A DNA stretch of 63,011 bases, counting the filler, from Reticulomyxa filosa (Eukaryota; Protista; Foraminifera), in the NCBI GenBank assembly GCA_000512085.1. It is 23 parts of 23 records of this genome, joined end to end, with 100 filler letters (N's around TTAATTAATTAA, not from the genome) between each part and the next. Parts side by side here need not be neighbours in the genome. Positions count along the whole stretch, not along the records: positions 44,942 to 52,713 come from ASPP01021208.1; positions 52,814 to 56,688 come from ASPP01007907.1; positions 56,789 to 61,155 come from ASPP01006469.1; positions 61,256 to 63,011 come from ASPP01033767.1; 19 more parts are not named here. One strand, written 5' to 3'. Below are positions 51,448 through 63,011 of the stretch, in pieces. Numbering within the stretch: position 1 is the first letter of the stretch; every line of letters begins with the position of its first letter. The notes beneath the pieces were generated by a model that saw only the letters and a program-made list of their open reading frames with translations, was not told where the DNA came from and ran no database searches. Both the position numbers and the translations under genes were made by a program.

Positions 51448-52273
51448 GTTTGGATGGAGGGTGATTCACCAAAAAAAAAAAATGTTAACAGGCGAGCAAA
51501 GCTCAGCGCTTAACAAACATGGCAGCTATTGTTGATGAGAAATCATGCTTCGTTTACTTCCTGCAATGAGCATACACTATCTGCAATATTTTGAATAGCA
51601 TTTTGAACAGTACTACATCTGCTCTTTTTCTTTGCTCTTCGAAAAATTTTTAACTGAATGGCTGTGCTCACTTTGTTTAGTATTGTCATATTGTCATAAA
51701 TAAGGAATCAGCACTTTTTGTTTTTAAACTAGTTGCTTGGTGCTAAGTGTCAATCCATTGACTGATCTGACGTTTTCCCGTTCGTTGCGATGATATGTGT
51801 TTGCGAATTTGTCGTTTTTCAGACATAAACTGTTTTAGTTGTCTTCAAAGGGCTTATTTTGGCTTGTTATATTTGCAAAAAAAGGCGTTGCTGTTCTTCC
51901 TCTTGACTGTGGCTGTACAACACCACCTATGCCAAAATACAAAAACAAAAAATGGAACTAAGCTCGTCCCTGGACACCCCTTCTCAAGGTTCAAATTAGG
52001 TAATATTGGACCAAGCATTTGCCTTTACAAAAATGATAAACAAATTTGGTTTTGATTTAAGGTCACATATTCAACGAACATGACCTAGACAAGTGGGTAT
52101 TATTAAAAAACATATTGTTTGTAAGGAAATACACTTTACTCAAAGCGTCTAATTAACAAAAAGAGAAAACGCACTTGTTGCAGCAAGGCCAGTGCAAAAG
52201 AAAAAAGGTGCAGGAAAGAAGTGAATGAATATTGTTCTAACATCGCACCCTTTATCCATTGAAGATTATAAAA

Positions 52274-52713
52274 TATGAGCGAACTGAACGAGCAATTATT
52301 ATCTGGCAATGGTGGAGCCAGACCTCCACCTCCAGCCCCAGATGGAGAAAATAGATCAAAACACCGGTCTATAGCAGCACCCTCTGGCCATAAACGTGCG
52401 TGTCGCAAAGGAGACAAACTTTTTTTTTTTTAATATAAAAAAGATAAGACAAACAAATTCAAAATGAACCATCTTTGAAACAGAACCACTATCCGACCCT
52501 CGACTACTATTGGAGATGCGTCGCAAGTTTAAGCCATCAGGCGTGCGTCCTCCACCTCCGCCAAAGACAGTGGCCTTTCAGCAAAATCGAGTGAAGCGTC
52601 AAGGATCAGTGCATCAACAAGCACACGTCGTAGCACCCCCATTGGAACTGACAATAGGCTCCAATGGTAGACACCTTTTCACAGCAATCTTAAAAAAAAA
52701 AAAAAAAAAAAAA
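52274..52713 (+). CDS. Hypothetical proline-rich protein, 5' part
   Basis: MSELNEQLLSGNGGARPPPPAPDG..|EPLSDPRLLLEMRRKFKPSGVRPPPPPK; intron at about 52396-52483. Confidence 0.5.
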
Positions 52714-52813
52714 NNNNNNNNNNNNNNNNNNNNNNNNNNNNNNNNNNNNNNNNNNNNTTAATTAATTAANNNNNNNNNNNNNNNNNNNNNNNNNNNNNNN
52801 NNNNNNNNNNNNN

Positions 52814-52834
52814 ATAATGATGATGATGATGATA

Positions 52835-52865
<31 letters not shown>

Positions 52866-53385
52866 CGACGACGATGATAATGATTATTATGATGATGAAA
52901 ATAACAATGACGAAGAAGAATTACTTCCGTCATTGCAACTTGACTCTGACTCAGAATTGTACGCACAACCAATTCAACATGTACGTGAACCAATTAAAAA
53001 AACTAGTGCTTCTTCATCTCTAGAGGGGGACGATGCTCATGAAAAGAAATTTTCTGTAGAGTCGTCTAAATCGCAAAAGAAAAGAAGCAAACGCTCAAAT
53101 ACTCAAAGAACTACCAAAAAAATAAAAAAACCAAAATCATCTAAAAAAAAGAAAAGCAAAAAATCCTCACCCAAAAAGTCTCGTAAACGTTCTTTTTCTG
53201 AAATGCACTCCGATTCTCCTAGTCTAGAAACTTCCCACAAACCAAAGCGACGCTCACTTGCACAAGATGCAAATAGTACAAGTGATCGATACTTGAAGCC
53301 TTTGCTTGGCAAACATAACCACTCTTCAAATAAAAAAGATCACAAAACTAATATTGATGATGACGAGCCTTTTGAAATTTTTTGA
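52814..53385 (+). CDS. C-terminal acidic/basic low-complexity tail of a probable nuclear protein
   Basis: (GAT)n poly-Asp in frame with the Lys/Ser-rich ORF 52933-53385, which has NLS-like clusters (KKSRKRS, KPKRRS). Confidence 0.6.
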
Positions 53386-53949
53386 GGCTTCTTTCTTTCT
53401 TCTGTTTTTTTCTCCTTCGCAACATATTTGTTCCATGGTTTTTGCGTTTGTTGCTTTTCAAGAAATAAAAGTTTGTCCAGAATTTTGCGTTTCAAAGATA
53501 ATTGCTTTTCCAATCCAAATGAAGTTTATATTTGTGGCCGAACCTATTATTGCCCCAGAGTTAAAGAAAAAAAAAATTAAGATAATGATAAAATTACTGT
53601 CACGAATCACGTTATCTGATGAAAGTGCAATTGTCTGACAAAACGATCCATAGAATTGAAATTGAAAAGACAAATTGAAAGCTGTTCTATGTTTTTTTGT
53701 TCTTTTAAGAAAAAATTGAAGTAAAACAATAAAAAAAACGAACGCTTAGGCAGGTAATGTTCTGGTCAAAAATTGTCATCCTACAAGTTGAAACTTGGAA
53801 TTTACTCAAAACAAAACAAAAAAGAGAATTCGGTTATCCACACGTCCTCTTATCTATCCTTTTTTAAAAGATATAAAGTTGTAAAAAACGACTCTTTCTT
53901 TTTTTCTCGCTCGTTTGCCCCTTCCTTTTTTTTTTCCTCATCAATGAAT

Positions 53950-55720
53950 TCAGCGCTTGTCATTGACAGAAAGGACAATGTCATAGCAAGTAGTATCTTG
54001 TGATTCCACGCAATACCATTCTCCTTCCTTTTTGCTTCGAATGTCATTTCGAAGTTGGAACAGCATTTGATGGAGTGAGCGTACCCCTTTGGACGCAGTG
54101 ATGGCATCTTTGAGACATTCGCTAAACAAGGAAGAGTTAGAGACAACATGACCTTTGGTAGTGGACCAAACCGTAAGGAACCCATCATCATTGTGTCCAT
54201 AATATGCGCCTTTGGAGCTGTTGCTTTTTGTCCTTCCTCGCATCGATACAGGATAAGAAGCGGGAAAATTGGACCCACGAACAATGTCAACAATAAACAC
54301 CTTGGGACAATCTTTCAATGACTCCATTTTATTACAATCAAACTGTGTACGAATTTGGTCAATTCCTAACGTTTTGCCATCACTTGTCACCAACGCATCT
54401 CCGATGTCCCCATGTCCACAAATGATCACCACTACTGCATCGTAATTGTTCGTATTTTTATACAATTTGTGTTTCAAAATCATCTCATCGAAAAACTCTT
54501 GCACATCTTCTTTGCTCATTTGATCTGATTTGTTGCTTATGAAATCATAACGCAACTGCTTTTCGAATATTTCTTTGAAATTCACCATGTCATTCTCCCT
54601 CACATTTACGATATTGTCATAGTCACTACTGCTGTTGTACTCGCTAATCCCAATCATCGCTACCAACGCGTTCTTCACCACTCGGACATTACTGCCCAGG
54701 GAAGGAGAGAAAGGAGCAGTTAACTGCTGGAATAATGCTGTAAATGGCTACAATTAGACCCCCCTCCCAAAGTCAAACATTGTAAACGTTCAAATCCTCA
54801 ACTATTTTCCATTTCAAATTGCAACTTAAAAAAAAAAAAAAAGAAAGGGGACATCACCTGAACCGACTCTTTTTTTTCGTCGTTATCTTGTGTTGCAGGT
54901 TCCACAAGTTGATTTGGTTTTGTTTGTCGCGACAGTAATTCTTTTACTTTTTTCTATAACGAAGCGAGAAGGAAAACAAGATGGTAAGTATTACAATGAA
55001 TATATAACATATATGAAGAAGGAAGAAAAAAATGACCTCAAGAAGTAAAAATCGTTGTGGATGTTGATTGGGGATACCCAATAGAGTTTGCAAATTGTCA
55101 ACCAAAGGTTCGTATTTGTCCAGAGCGTCTTTCAACAAACCCATGTGGAAGTTGATTTTGGAGCGATTGTGTTCGTCCTCGTTGTGCTGAACCAAGACGT
55201 CTGTGCAGCCATATTTATAAAAGGAGCATTTTTTGGGTAGCAATGAACACGTTGTTTCCAAATGTGTCTTCAATTCTTTCACTTTGCCTATAAATTCACA
55301 CATTTCTTCTGTACTATTATAACCTTCCCAATTTCTCTTCGATTTTCCTTGTACGTCGGTTCCATCCATCATCAGGTGATACTGGCGGGGACATACCACT
55401 CGGAAGTTATCCACTCTCTTTCGAACCACGTTATTTTTCATATGTTTGCAATTATCGTGCGTATTTTTCGAGGGACATTTGTTCCCATGTTCTGTCAGAT
55501 ATTTCTTCAAACACTCTTCTCCCACTATCAGAAACTCTTCACTGTCCGTATGTTCGTCACATGTCAATTCCATCGCGTTTTTTGCTATGTGTCCACAAAT
55601 CAAACAGTAATCACTTTCGGCCGGATTTTCTTTGCCCAGCCATATTATCCAATCTTTATCATAGCAGTGATTTGTTGCCATTTGCTTCCCTTCTTCGTCT
55701 TCGCTCGGAAATATAATCAT
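53950..55720 (-). CDS. RING/TRAF-type zinc-finger-caspase-like (peptidase C14) fusion protein
   Basis: Exons 55720-55037, 54953-54858 and 54747-53950 join in phase 0. N-terminus: CLICGHIAKNAMELTCDEH..GEECL..KCP and TRAF fingers (HLETTC..CSFYKYGC). C-terminus: ALVAMIGISEY, VIICGHG, LKDCPKVFIVDIVRG, and a p10-like DGFLTVWSTTKGH..SLFSECL. Confidence 0.9.
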
Positions 55721-56909
55721 TTTTTTCCTTCCTAATGCTTTAAATGTTTGTTCTGATTTTCGACTCCTTTTTTTCCAAAAAAACCTTTGCTTTTTACAAT
55801 TGTTGCTGCAGTGCGTGAATCTAACGGATTTGTTGAAGTATAATCAATATAGGAAATAACGGATTACAAAACTTTACAAGTGAAAAACTCTGCTGGAGAG
55901 ACTGCTATTTTTAAGAAAATTTAATTTTACTGCCAGAATACTTTAACATCTTCCAACATTTAAATTATTTCGAAGTATGCCGTTTATCAGCTTAAAAACA
56001 TAGCTCTAGTGAGAACTCTTTATGTGATTAAGACGGTCAATTCTCATGAATCCTCTTTGCCTAAAACTTGTGTTGTTTCTTCTTCATTTATGCTTTGGTA
56101 TTTATTTTCGTTTTTCATATGCTGTCTTGAGTTGGAATTTTGTTTCAGCAACTAATTTTCTTATTTTTGAAATAAGTATAACTTCTTCGAATATATGTGT
56201 TGATTTTATTTTATTGTTACTGGGCCTAGTTTTTGGATAACTTCGAATGGACAAATACATTTCAGCTGTAATTTTGCTTTATTTCTGACTCGTTGATCTC
56301 CTACGCTAAATAGCACTTTTCCTTCAACACTGAATGAATGTTGTAGTCTATTTTTGTTTTCAAAACGTATTAGCTTTGAATCGTAATTGATTGTGATCTT
56401 TGTGCTTATTATCGTAAGTTCTTCAGTTTGTTTTTCAGAATTGTTTAAAATTACGTCCTTTTTTGTATTTGGCTTTTGTTGTGATAAGCAATCCTAATTT
56501 GCTATAAACTAATATGAAAATTTGTTTCAATATTAATTTATTTGTGCTTGTCATTGCATATTGTATTTTTAGTTGATTTGACAAAAATATTTCATAAATC
56601 TGTCAATTATTGTCATAATATGCTTATATACATACAGTAGGTTGCAAAGAAAACTGAACGCCTAAAACATATCTTATGATGATAATTGNNNNNNNNNNNN
56701 NNNNNNNNNNNNNNNNNNNNNNNNNNNNNNNNTTAATTAATTAANNNNNNNNNNNNNNNNNNNNNNNNNNNNNNNNNNNNNNNNNNNNGGGGGGGGGGAG
56801 GGAAAGGAAAGAAAAAAAAAAATCTATTGGTATACATGTATAAATAAAGACAAACATATAATATATACGTATATATGTATATGCATATGTATACGCATGT
56901 GAAGCACAG

Positions 56910-58129
56910 GACTTGAAGAACATATGGAATATAGAGATGGAAACAAATACTGAGCGGGTGACAGATTGGGCAGAGTTGTTGGAATTGAAGATGATAAACC
57001 CGAATGTGGAACAGAAAGAAAGTGTGACGAAAAGTGCCGAGTCCGATAAAAGTCAACAAGCCATGCCACAAAGAAATGTATTAACTATGTATTTATCTTT
57101 GCCATTGCGCTCATAGCACTTTTGAAATATACGTACCCCTTTTTGAAAATATCGTAATGCGTGCCTGCTTATTATTACATTGTCTGTATATGTGTGTGTG
57201 TTTTGTTTTTTTTTTGAAATTGAATGAAAATATAAGAGTGTTATAAGTGCAGAGAATATCACTCCGTCGGGCGAAGCACAGACGGTGACAAAGATAGTGA
57301 ATACGAATTCGAAGCAACATATAAACTCTTTGCAGAAATCGGGAATCCAGGAAATGCTGAAGCAAGTGAAAGAAGAGGTTTGGTGTCATGAAAAAAGTGG
57401 GTGGTTTAAAAAGGCTCGCAAAAGTGATGGCACAATCAAATTATGCGAATTTGTCGTTAACAAAGGTGAAACGTTGGACTTGACCGACGGCAAATTTGCG
57501 AAGCTGACCATCGAACAAAAGGAACAATTGAGGATCGCGTTGTCATTTCAAAGTCTTATTTCGCATTGGAACAATCGCAGTCGATTTCCTTCCTTGGGGC
57601 CTCTTTTGGAAGGGATTCAAAGTTGTGTTGTTGTTGTTTGTTTTTTTTTGAGAGTAGGGAACCATTATCATCATCATTATCATTTAATGGTGTTAATTGA
57701 TTGCTTCCATGTCAATACCTTGACAATACTACAGATATATCATTAAGCAATAGTGGAAAGGAATTTGGGGTGCAAGGCATGCAATGGATCGCGGAAATAA
57801 TCTCCAGCCGACATTGTCTTGTCGACACTGTTACAATAGAAGGTGACTGTGGTTTGAACGACTCGTGCTTAGAAGTTTTAACCAACACTTTCAAATGCGG
57901 ACGAGAAGGCATCCCACAAGAGAAAATCAAACACCTGAAATTGCGCTTTTTAAGCTTGCACGGACAATTTGGAGATGCTCGAATCTTGAATTCAATGCAA
58001 GATAATCTACTCAATCCCGCTTTTACTAACATCCAAGAAATTTCAATCAACTCAAAAGATTGTTATCGCTTTCGTTCCAAGGAGGACGTCGACAATTTGC
58101 AAGTTTCCAATAACTTGGACGACTTTTGA
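56910..58129 (+). CDS. RNI-like leucine-rich-repeat protein, 3' part
   Basis: LDLTDGKF, ISLSNSGKEFGVQGMQWIAEII, GLNDSCLEVL, LRFLSLHGQFGD, IQEISIN; introns at about 57078-57252 and 57623-57735. Confidence 0.6.
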
Positions 58130-58703
58130 ATAAACTTATTATTGTTTTTTTTTTCTGTTTTTATTTCTTTTTTTTGTTTTGTTTTTGTCTTTTGCAACTC
58201 TCAGTAAATTGATTGTTCCAATGCTTGGAAGAGAAACTTAAAAGGACACTCTTTTCTAGCCTTTCGGATGGAAGGTATATTTTCAATCACTTTTGTTTTT
58301 GTTTCTATCTTAAATCGGTTTAAAAGATGAACAACTCTACACAAATTCAATTCTTATCTTTCAAAAACTAATAGTAAGATGGTTCAAGAAAGGTATAGTA
58401 ATGACTAAAATAACCAATCTAACATTTTTTTCTTTACATAATGCCTTTGCATATTTAAAAATGGAGGGCAAAATTGCTTAGGATATAAGAAAGGGTATAA
58501 ATGCTGATTGGCATTAATGCTATCATTTTGTAAAAGATTTACTTGCTAGTTTTATTGAAAAAAAATGAAAACAAGTAATTTGCACGATTTAAGCACAATC
58601 ATTGTTGCCACATATGCAGCGAATATATGTTTTGATCCTGATCCCTTTTGCCTCCTACACAACAATGCCTTCATTTCAAAGGTTCATCTTCCTCTTTTTT
58701 GCA

Positions 58704-58991
58704 TTAATTGGTTTTTTTTTGTTTTTGATTGGTGTAATCTCCACTTAAATCAAACATTGTTTGATTGGACAATGATTCTTTAATGACAACACACGCAAAA
58801 AAGCTCATAACAAATGCCACAAATGTGATACCAGCTATCACCAAAATTGAAAGTCCACTTTTTTCAAAGTTGTAGTCTCTTTGTTGGTCTTCTTGTATGA
58901 CCGGCAACAGGATTAACGTTATTGTGAAATAAGCCAACAAAAATATTCCAAATGTGAATAATATTGTACCAATTTGATTGTCAATTGACAT
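58704..58991 (-). CDS. DPM2: DPM2-like dolichol-phosphate-mannose synthase regulatory subunit
   Basis: 95 aa, two TM helices; DNQIGTILFTFGIFLLAYFTITLILLPVI parallels DPM2 [29 protein letters not shown]. Confidence 0.6.
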   Translation of the reverse strand: MSIDNQIGTILFTFGIFLLAYFTITLILLPVIQEDQQRDYNFEKSGLSILVIAGITFVAFVMSFFACVVIKESLSNQTMFDLSGDYTNQKQKKTN

Positions 58992-59474
58992 TTTTTTAAA
59001 TAAGATCCCAATCTAAAAAGTTTTTCGGAACAGGACCCTCGTCATTACGCGCCCAGTTTTTAAGTGCAAAATAAACAGTTGAATTTTTTAAAAAAGTTTT
59101 AATTGCTTAAAACACGTACATATGATCAATTAATTTAACAGTGACTTAATTAAAACAAGATTAATTTGTACATCGCAATAGAACAGAAATGCTTGCACCT
59201 CCATGTAATTAATAAATGCAAATCATTGTCAATATTTTTTTGAGAAATCTTTTTTTAATGATCAATTCTAAAAATCAAATTAAATAAACTAAAAAAAATT
59301 TTCATAAAATTTTCAATAAATAAAACTAAATTTCTTTTTAAAGTATATTTTTATAGCTAGTCTTTTTTATTCTAACAACTATAAAATTCAAGTAAAAAAA
59401 GTTCTTTCTATCAGATATAAATTGATATTATTTGTCTTCTTAAAAAAAACAATAGAATGCAGAATAATTCCACA

Positions 59475-59800
59475 GTAAGAAGATGAAAATGATATTACAA
59501 TAATTATTAAATATTTGATTACTGCATAAATTTGGATGGACCAAATATTTTGACAAAATTTGTCAATTACGTTATTTTATTTTATTTTTTTTAAACAATA
59601 AAATATTAAAATATATAATACTTTTTCCATTATTAATTTGTTCGTGTAAAATCTAAATTACACAAGATTTTTTGTTGACACAATAATGATAATCAATTCA
59701 TTTGTACTGGGTCAGATTATACCACAGTCCAGGTATGTGATTTAACAACTAAAAATCAAACTTAATTATTCGATGGAAATTTAAAAGATCTTCGCAGTAA
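59475..59800 (+). pseudogene. Highly decayed copy of the expanded WD40 family
   Basis: EDENDITIIIKYLI..KFGWTKYFDK and NQFICTGSDYTTVQVCDLTTKNQT*LFDG. Confidence 0.65.
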
Positions 59801-60182
59801 CAAGATATCAATACATACTAAATGATATAGAGAATTTCAAATTAACTTATAGATGATTGATGCAAAATAAAGTTAAGATTTATGGTAGTATCGCAGCCGA
59901 TACAATAGAGTAATCTTTTGTATTATATCCCCCTATTCAAGGTAAATTGTTCGCGAGTTGTTGGCGTTGTGTCAAGTTTAGCCTTGGATTTGTTTAAATG
60001 TAGTTTTTGTGAAAATTTTCCATAAGATTTATTAAAAGGTATATATCTTCGAACACAACAACGTGACAAAAAAATGAACAATAAATCCCAGTGCAAAAAA
60101 CCTACAAAAGATGATAGCAACGAATAAATCTCGCATTTGCGCTATTTCTTGTCCCTCAAGTAAATTGAAATAATTTGTTTAA

Positions 60183-61085
60183 CTAGCACCACGTAAAAAT
60201 TTTGCCACTCTTGTCACAAGAAGCAACCCCTCCTCGGCCGTGCCAAGTAACATAAGTGATTTCATCAGAATGTTCATTTAAGCAGTGAAGCAGCTCTCCA
60301 GTTTTGGAGCGCCATAAAAAGAGTTGATATTTGTTGTTTTTATCTTTGGTTTGAGATCCACCAACAATATATTGCCCATCAGCACTGTAAGAAGCACCGC
60401 CAGAGGTTCCAGTGAACTTGTATTCTTTGTGAGTAATTTCCAAAAGTTTCTGGGACGCTTTTCGCAAATCCCAAATCAGCAAACGCCCATCTTTGCTACC
60501 GGTGAGAACATGGATGCCATCGGGTGGCGAAAATTCGACATGATTGATTTGAGAAGGTTTAGTTCATCCAATCGGAACACTTCTTTTTTCTCTTTAAACC
60601 CAAAAAAGCGCACACACCCGTCCAAGTGTCCACTGGCAAGTAGCCCTTCATCGGAAGAAGTGGTCAAGCAATTGACGCTGGACCCCACTTGCATGTTGAT
60701 CAGACACGTGCCTTTTTCCGTGTCCCAAATACGAATGGAGCGATCTAAACTACCGGAAATGAGTTTTTTGGAATCGGGATTGAACGTAATGGTCGTAATG
60801 GTGTTGTTATGTCCGTTATACGTCTTCACATGTCGCTGCGTTCGAACATTCCACAAATGCACAGAACAGTCTGTCCCCGCCGCGGCGACATAGCCTCCAC
60901 TGAAGGAAAAGCGACACGTGATGGCATTGCCTTGCAGACCTTGGAACTTGCACAGCTCTTGTCCGAGGTTACAATTCCATAGCTTTACCTGCTTATCACC
61001 GCCGACACTTACCAATCGCGAGCCACTCGGATCGAACTGAATGCAAGATACTTGATCGCCATGAGCAATCCACGACGTCGATTTC
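60183..61085 (-). CDS. ATG16: ATG16/TipD-like seven-bladed WD40 domain, 3' exon
   Basis: AHGDQV, GGDKQVKLW, GHNNTI, SGSLDRSIRIWD, GSSVNCL, SGHLDGCVRFF, SADGQYIVGGS and terminal SCDKSGKIFTW follow the ATG16 propeller order. One base is missing near 60558-60561. Confidence 0.75.
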
Positions 61086-62139
61086 TATACACATTAAAAA
61101 AAAAGGGGACATTTTTTTTTTTTTTTTTTTTGGAAAAAAGGGGAGGGAAGAGGAANNNNNNNNNNNNNNNNNNNNNNNNNNNNNNNNNNNNNNNNNNNNT
61201 TAATTAATTAANNNNNNNNNNNNNNNNNNNNNNNNNNNNNNNNNNNNNNNNNNNNTGATATCCCGCGCGGGATAGTTAAGTAAATTTTTTTTCTTTGTGT
61301 GTTTATTTAAAAAAACAAATATGAAAATATACTTATAATACTATATAGAACAAGATCAACCAATTTATTCGCACGGACCAGCAAACAATTGAATCGGGAT
61401 CATGTTTAGCAATGTGTTGGCTCAACGAATTGACTAATTGGTATACAAGAAGCAACTCACAATTACATCACCAATTGTATCATTGTTCAACTTTCGGTAT
61501 TTTTGGTCTGTCGCCCAAAGCTCAAAAGTGGATTGTTTGTGCAAGTTCACAAATCAATATAATACATATAATCGATTTAAAATGACAAGGATCGACCAAA
61601 TGCAAAGGAAAGGCAGCTTTATTTGAAGGTATGTACTACTTTTATCATATTTTCAGTTGTTGTGATATATTTTAACCAAAATAATGTGGAATGGATTATT
61701 TCATTGTATGATGATTTACCTTAGGTTTGGAATGAAAGAGAGAAAGAGAAAGAAGAGCAAGAAAGAGTAAATTAAGAGAAGGGAAAGAAACAATAGTATT
61801 AGTGGATTATTTTCAAAAATATGAACATATCAAAAGAAGGAAGGAGACAATGTGAATGAAAGATGGTCGGCACAATAAATTCCTTAAAAGTGCTTATATT
61901 CGTTTTACGAAAACTGTGAGTGGTTATGGATGATATTTATAAAGCGAAATACAAGTGACAATGAATTATCATGTACTTGTAATCACGCAATTTGATTGTT
62001 TTTTTCAATGTAAAAAAACTATGATTATCGTCGTCAAGCAGACTGGCAGGAAATGATTTGCTTTATTTATCCCAATGCCCTTGAAAGAAGATTAAAGTTA
62101 AAAGAACATTGATTATTTTTTGTCTTTTTTTTTCTAAAA

Positions 62140-63011
62140 AATTTGAATTAATTTATTGTTTGTCGTTTTTGTTTTTACAGCAACTGGAATATGAAAGTCC
62201 ACAGGCGGTGGTGGTATCTGCAGAAGAAGAAGAACAAAAACAAGACACGTGCAAACAACACAGAAAACTAATGTAGTGACTCTTCCATGATAAATTGCAG
62301 CAACACCGAATAGTACCAATGCGAAAGACACATGAAGAAGTTAGACTGTGAAATAATCCTGGTCCAACTACAATATTGGAGATACAATCTCCAATCAATC
62401 AAACACAAATGGTGGATCTTTTACAGGGCGACATGTAAGCCAAGAAAATAATAATCATCATTCCCACAACTCAATACACATCTCGTCCTTGTGATAACAA
62501 AAATGAATGACTATTTGCGTTCTGATCACTCCATTTGCAAAATACATGCACAGCCCCTCCACCGTAAATACAAAAGTGATGCATCATTCTGTGTCGAAGC
62601 AATGTTCCTCCATCCAGTACTCGAGATAAAGCTGCAGCTCAACACATTCAACAATAACAAAATGATTATATTTAATGCGAATAAAAACAAGGCCACAAAT
62701 ACTACCTTTTAATCGATTTCAATCCATTTTATTGCAATTGTCGTCATTGGGCACTTGAGATGACATCGATGTCATGGTTTAGCCTTGGAGTCACTGTTGT
62801 ATCAATGCAGCTTCTATTTCTTCTTTGCTGCTTGCATTGGCTACCAAAGACGCTTTCGGTCGCATCATCGATGTTTGATCTTTATTGTAAAGCCTGCTAT
62901 TACCGCACCAGCAGAAGAAAAGCAAATACACATACCACGACCTTCACAAATCATAACAGTCCATTGTCAAATCGTCAAAATCAGAATGATAAAAAATATC
63001 CAAATGAAAAA
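62140..63011 (-). pseudogene. Probable MFS-type transporter pseudogene
   Basis: Serial TM-like segments (GAVIAGF, KVVFVALFLFALNIII, IGDCISNIVVGPGLF, FALVLFGVAAI) broken by stops and frameshifts; the family assignment is tentative. Confidence 0.4.

Noticed and set aside
52766-53023. Poly-Met and poly-His ORFs
   Set aside because: Alternative frames of a (GAT)n tract whose coding frame is poly-Asp.
46154-55720. Serpin and caspase-like gene as a linked inhibitor/protease pair (CrmA-like system)
   Set aside because: They are on different contigs separated by the artificial spacer at 52714-52813, and the serpin hinge looks non-inhibitory.
2544-61255. TTAATTAATTAA as a biological repeat or CRISPR-like array
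   Set aside because: It is always centred in fixed-length N runs; it is a six-frame-stop concatenation linker.
1-63011. tRNA, rRNA, snRNA, transposase or reverse-transcriptase genes
   Set aside because: None recognised by eye; a tRNAscan-SE, Infernal or RepeatModeler run would be needed to exclude them.

Overview
This is not one locus. It is 23 unrelated short contigs joined by 22 artificial N44-TTAATTAATTAA-N44 spacers, so adjacency across a spacer carries no biological meaning. The DNA is from an AT-rich, intron-rich eukaryote using the standard code. The repeated 'IIQHWIRILKIKLGWIHEFDK' WD40 family, the Kelch-like family, the RING/TRAF-caspase and the many pseudogenes suggest a foraminiferan such as Reticulomyxa filosa; this is an inference from remembered family signatures, not a database result. 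Recognisable genes include a RING-H2 protein, an Ariadne RBR ligase, a GT2-like glycosyltransferase, a cyclic-nucleotide PDE fragment, a C2H2 protein, an alkaline ceramidase, a GT10 fucosyltransferase, a DEAD-box helicase, an SLC38-type transporter, an MBT/Tudor-repeat protein, an SR protein, an LRR protein, and DPM2-like and ATG16-like proteins. Pseudogenes include a 2OG-Fe(II) oxygenase, a double-core annexin, a P450, Kelch and WD40 copies and a probable MFS transporter. The best novelty candidate, which the ORF track splits into six pieces, is a spliced minus-strand gene (46154-49120) encoding PH domain + serpin (with a large acidic insert and a non-inhibitory hinge) + C-terminal CGCNLM CaaX box, i.e. 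a predicted lipid-anchored, phosphoinositide-binding serpin. Other notable items are a RING/TRAF-caspase fusion with an apparent Cys-to-Val active site, an eIF4E-like protein lacking cap-stacking tryptophans, and introns that have A-rich rather than pyrimidine-rich 3' ends. All exon models were read by eye and need transcript confirmation.
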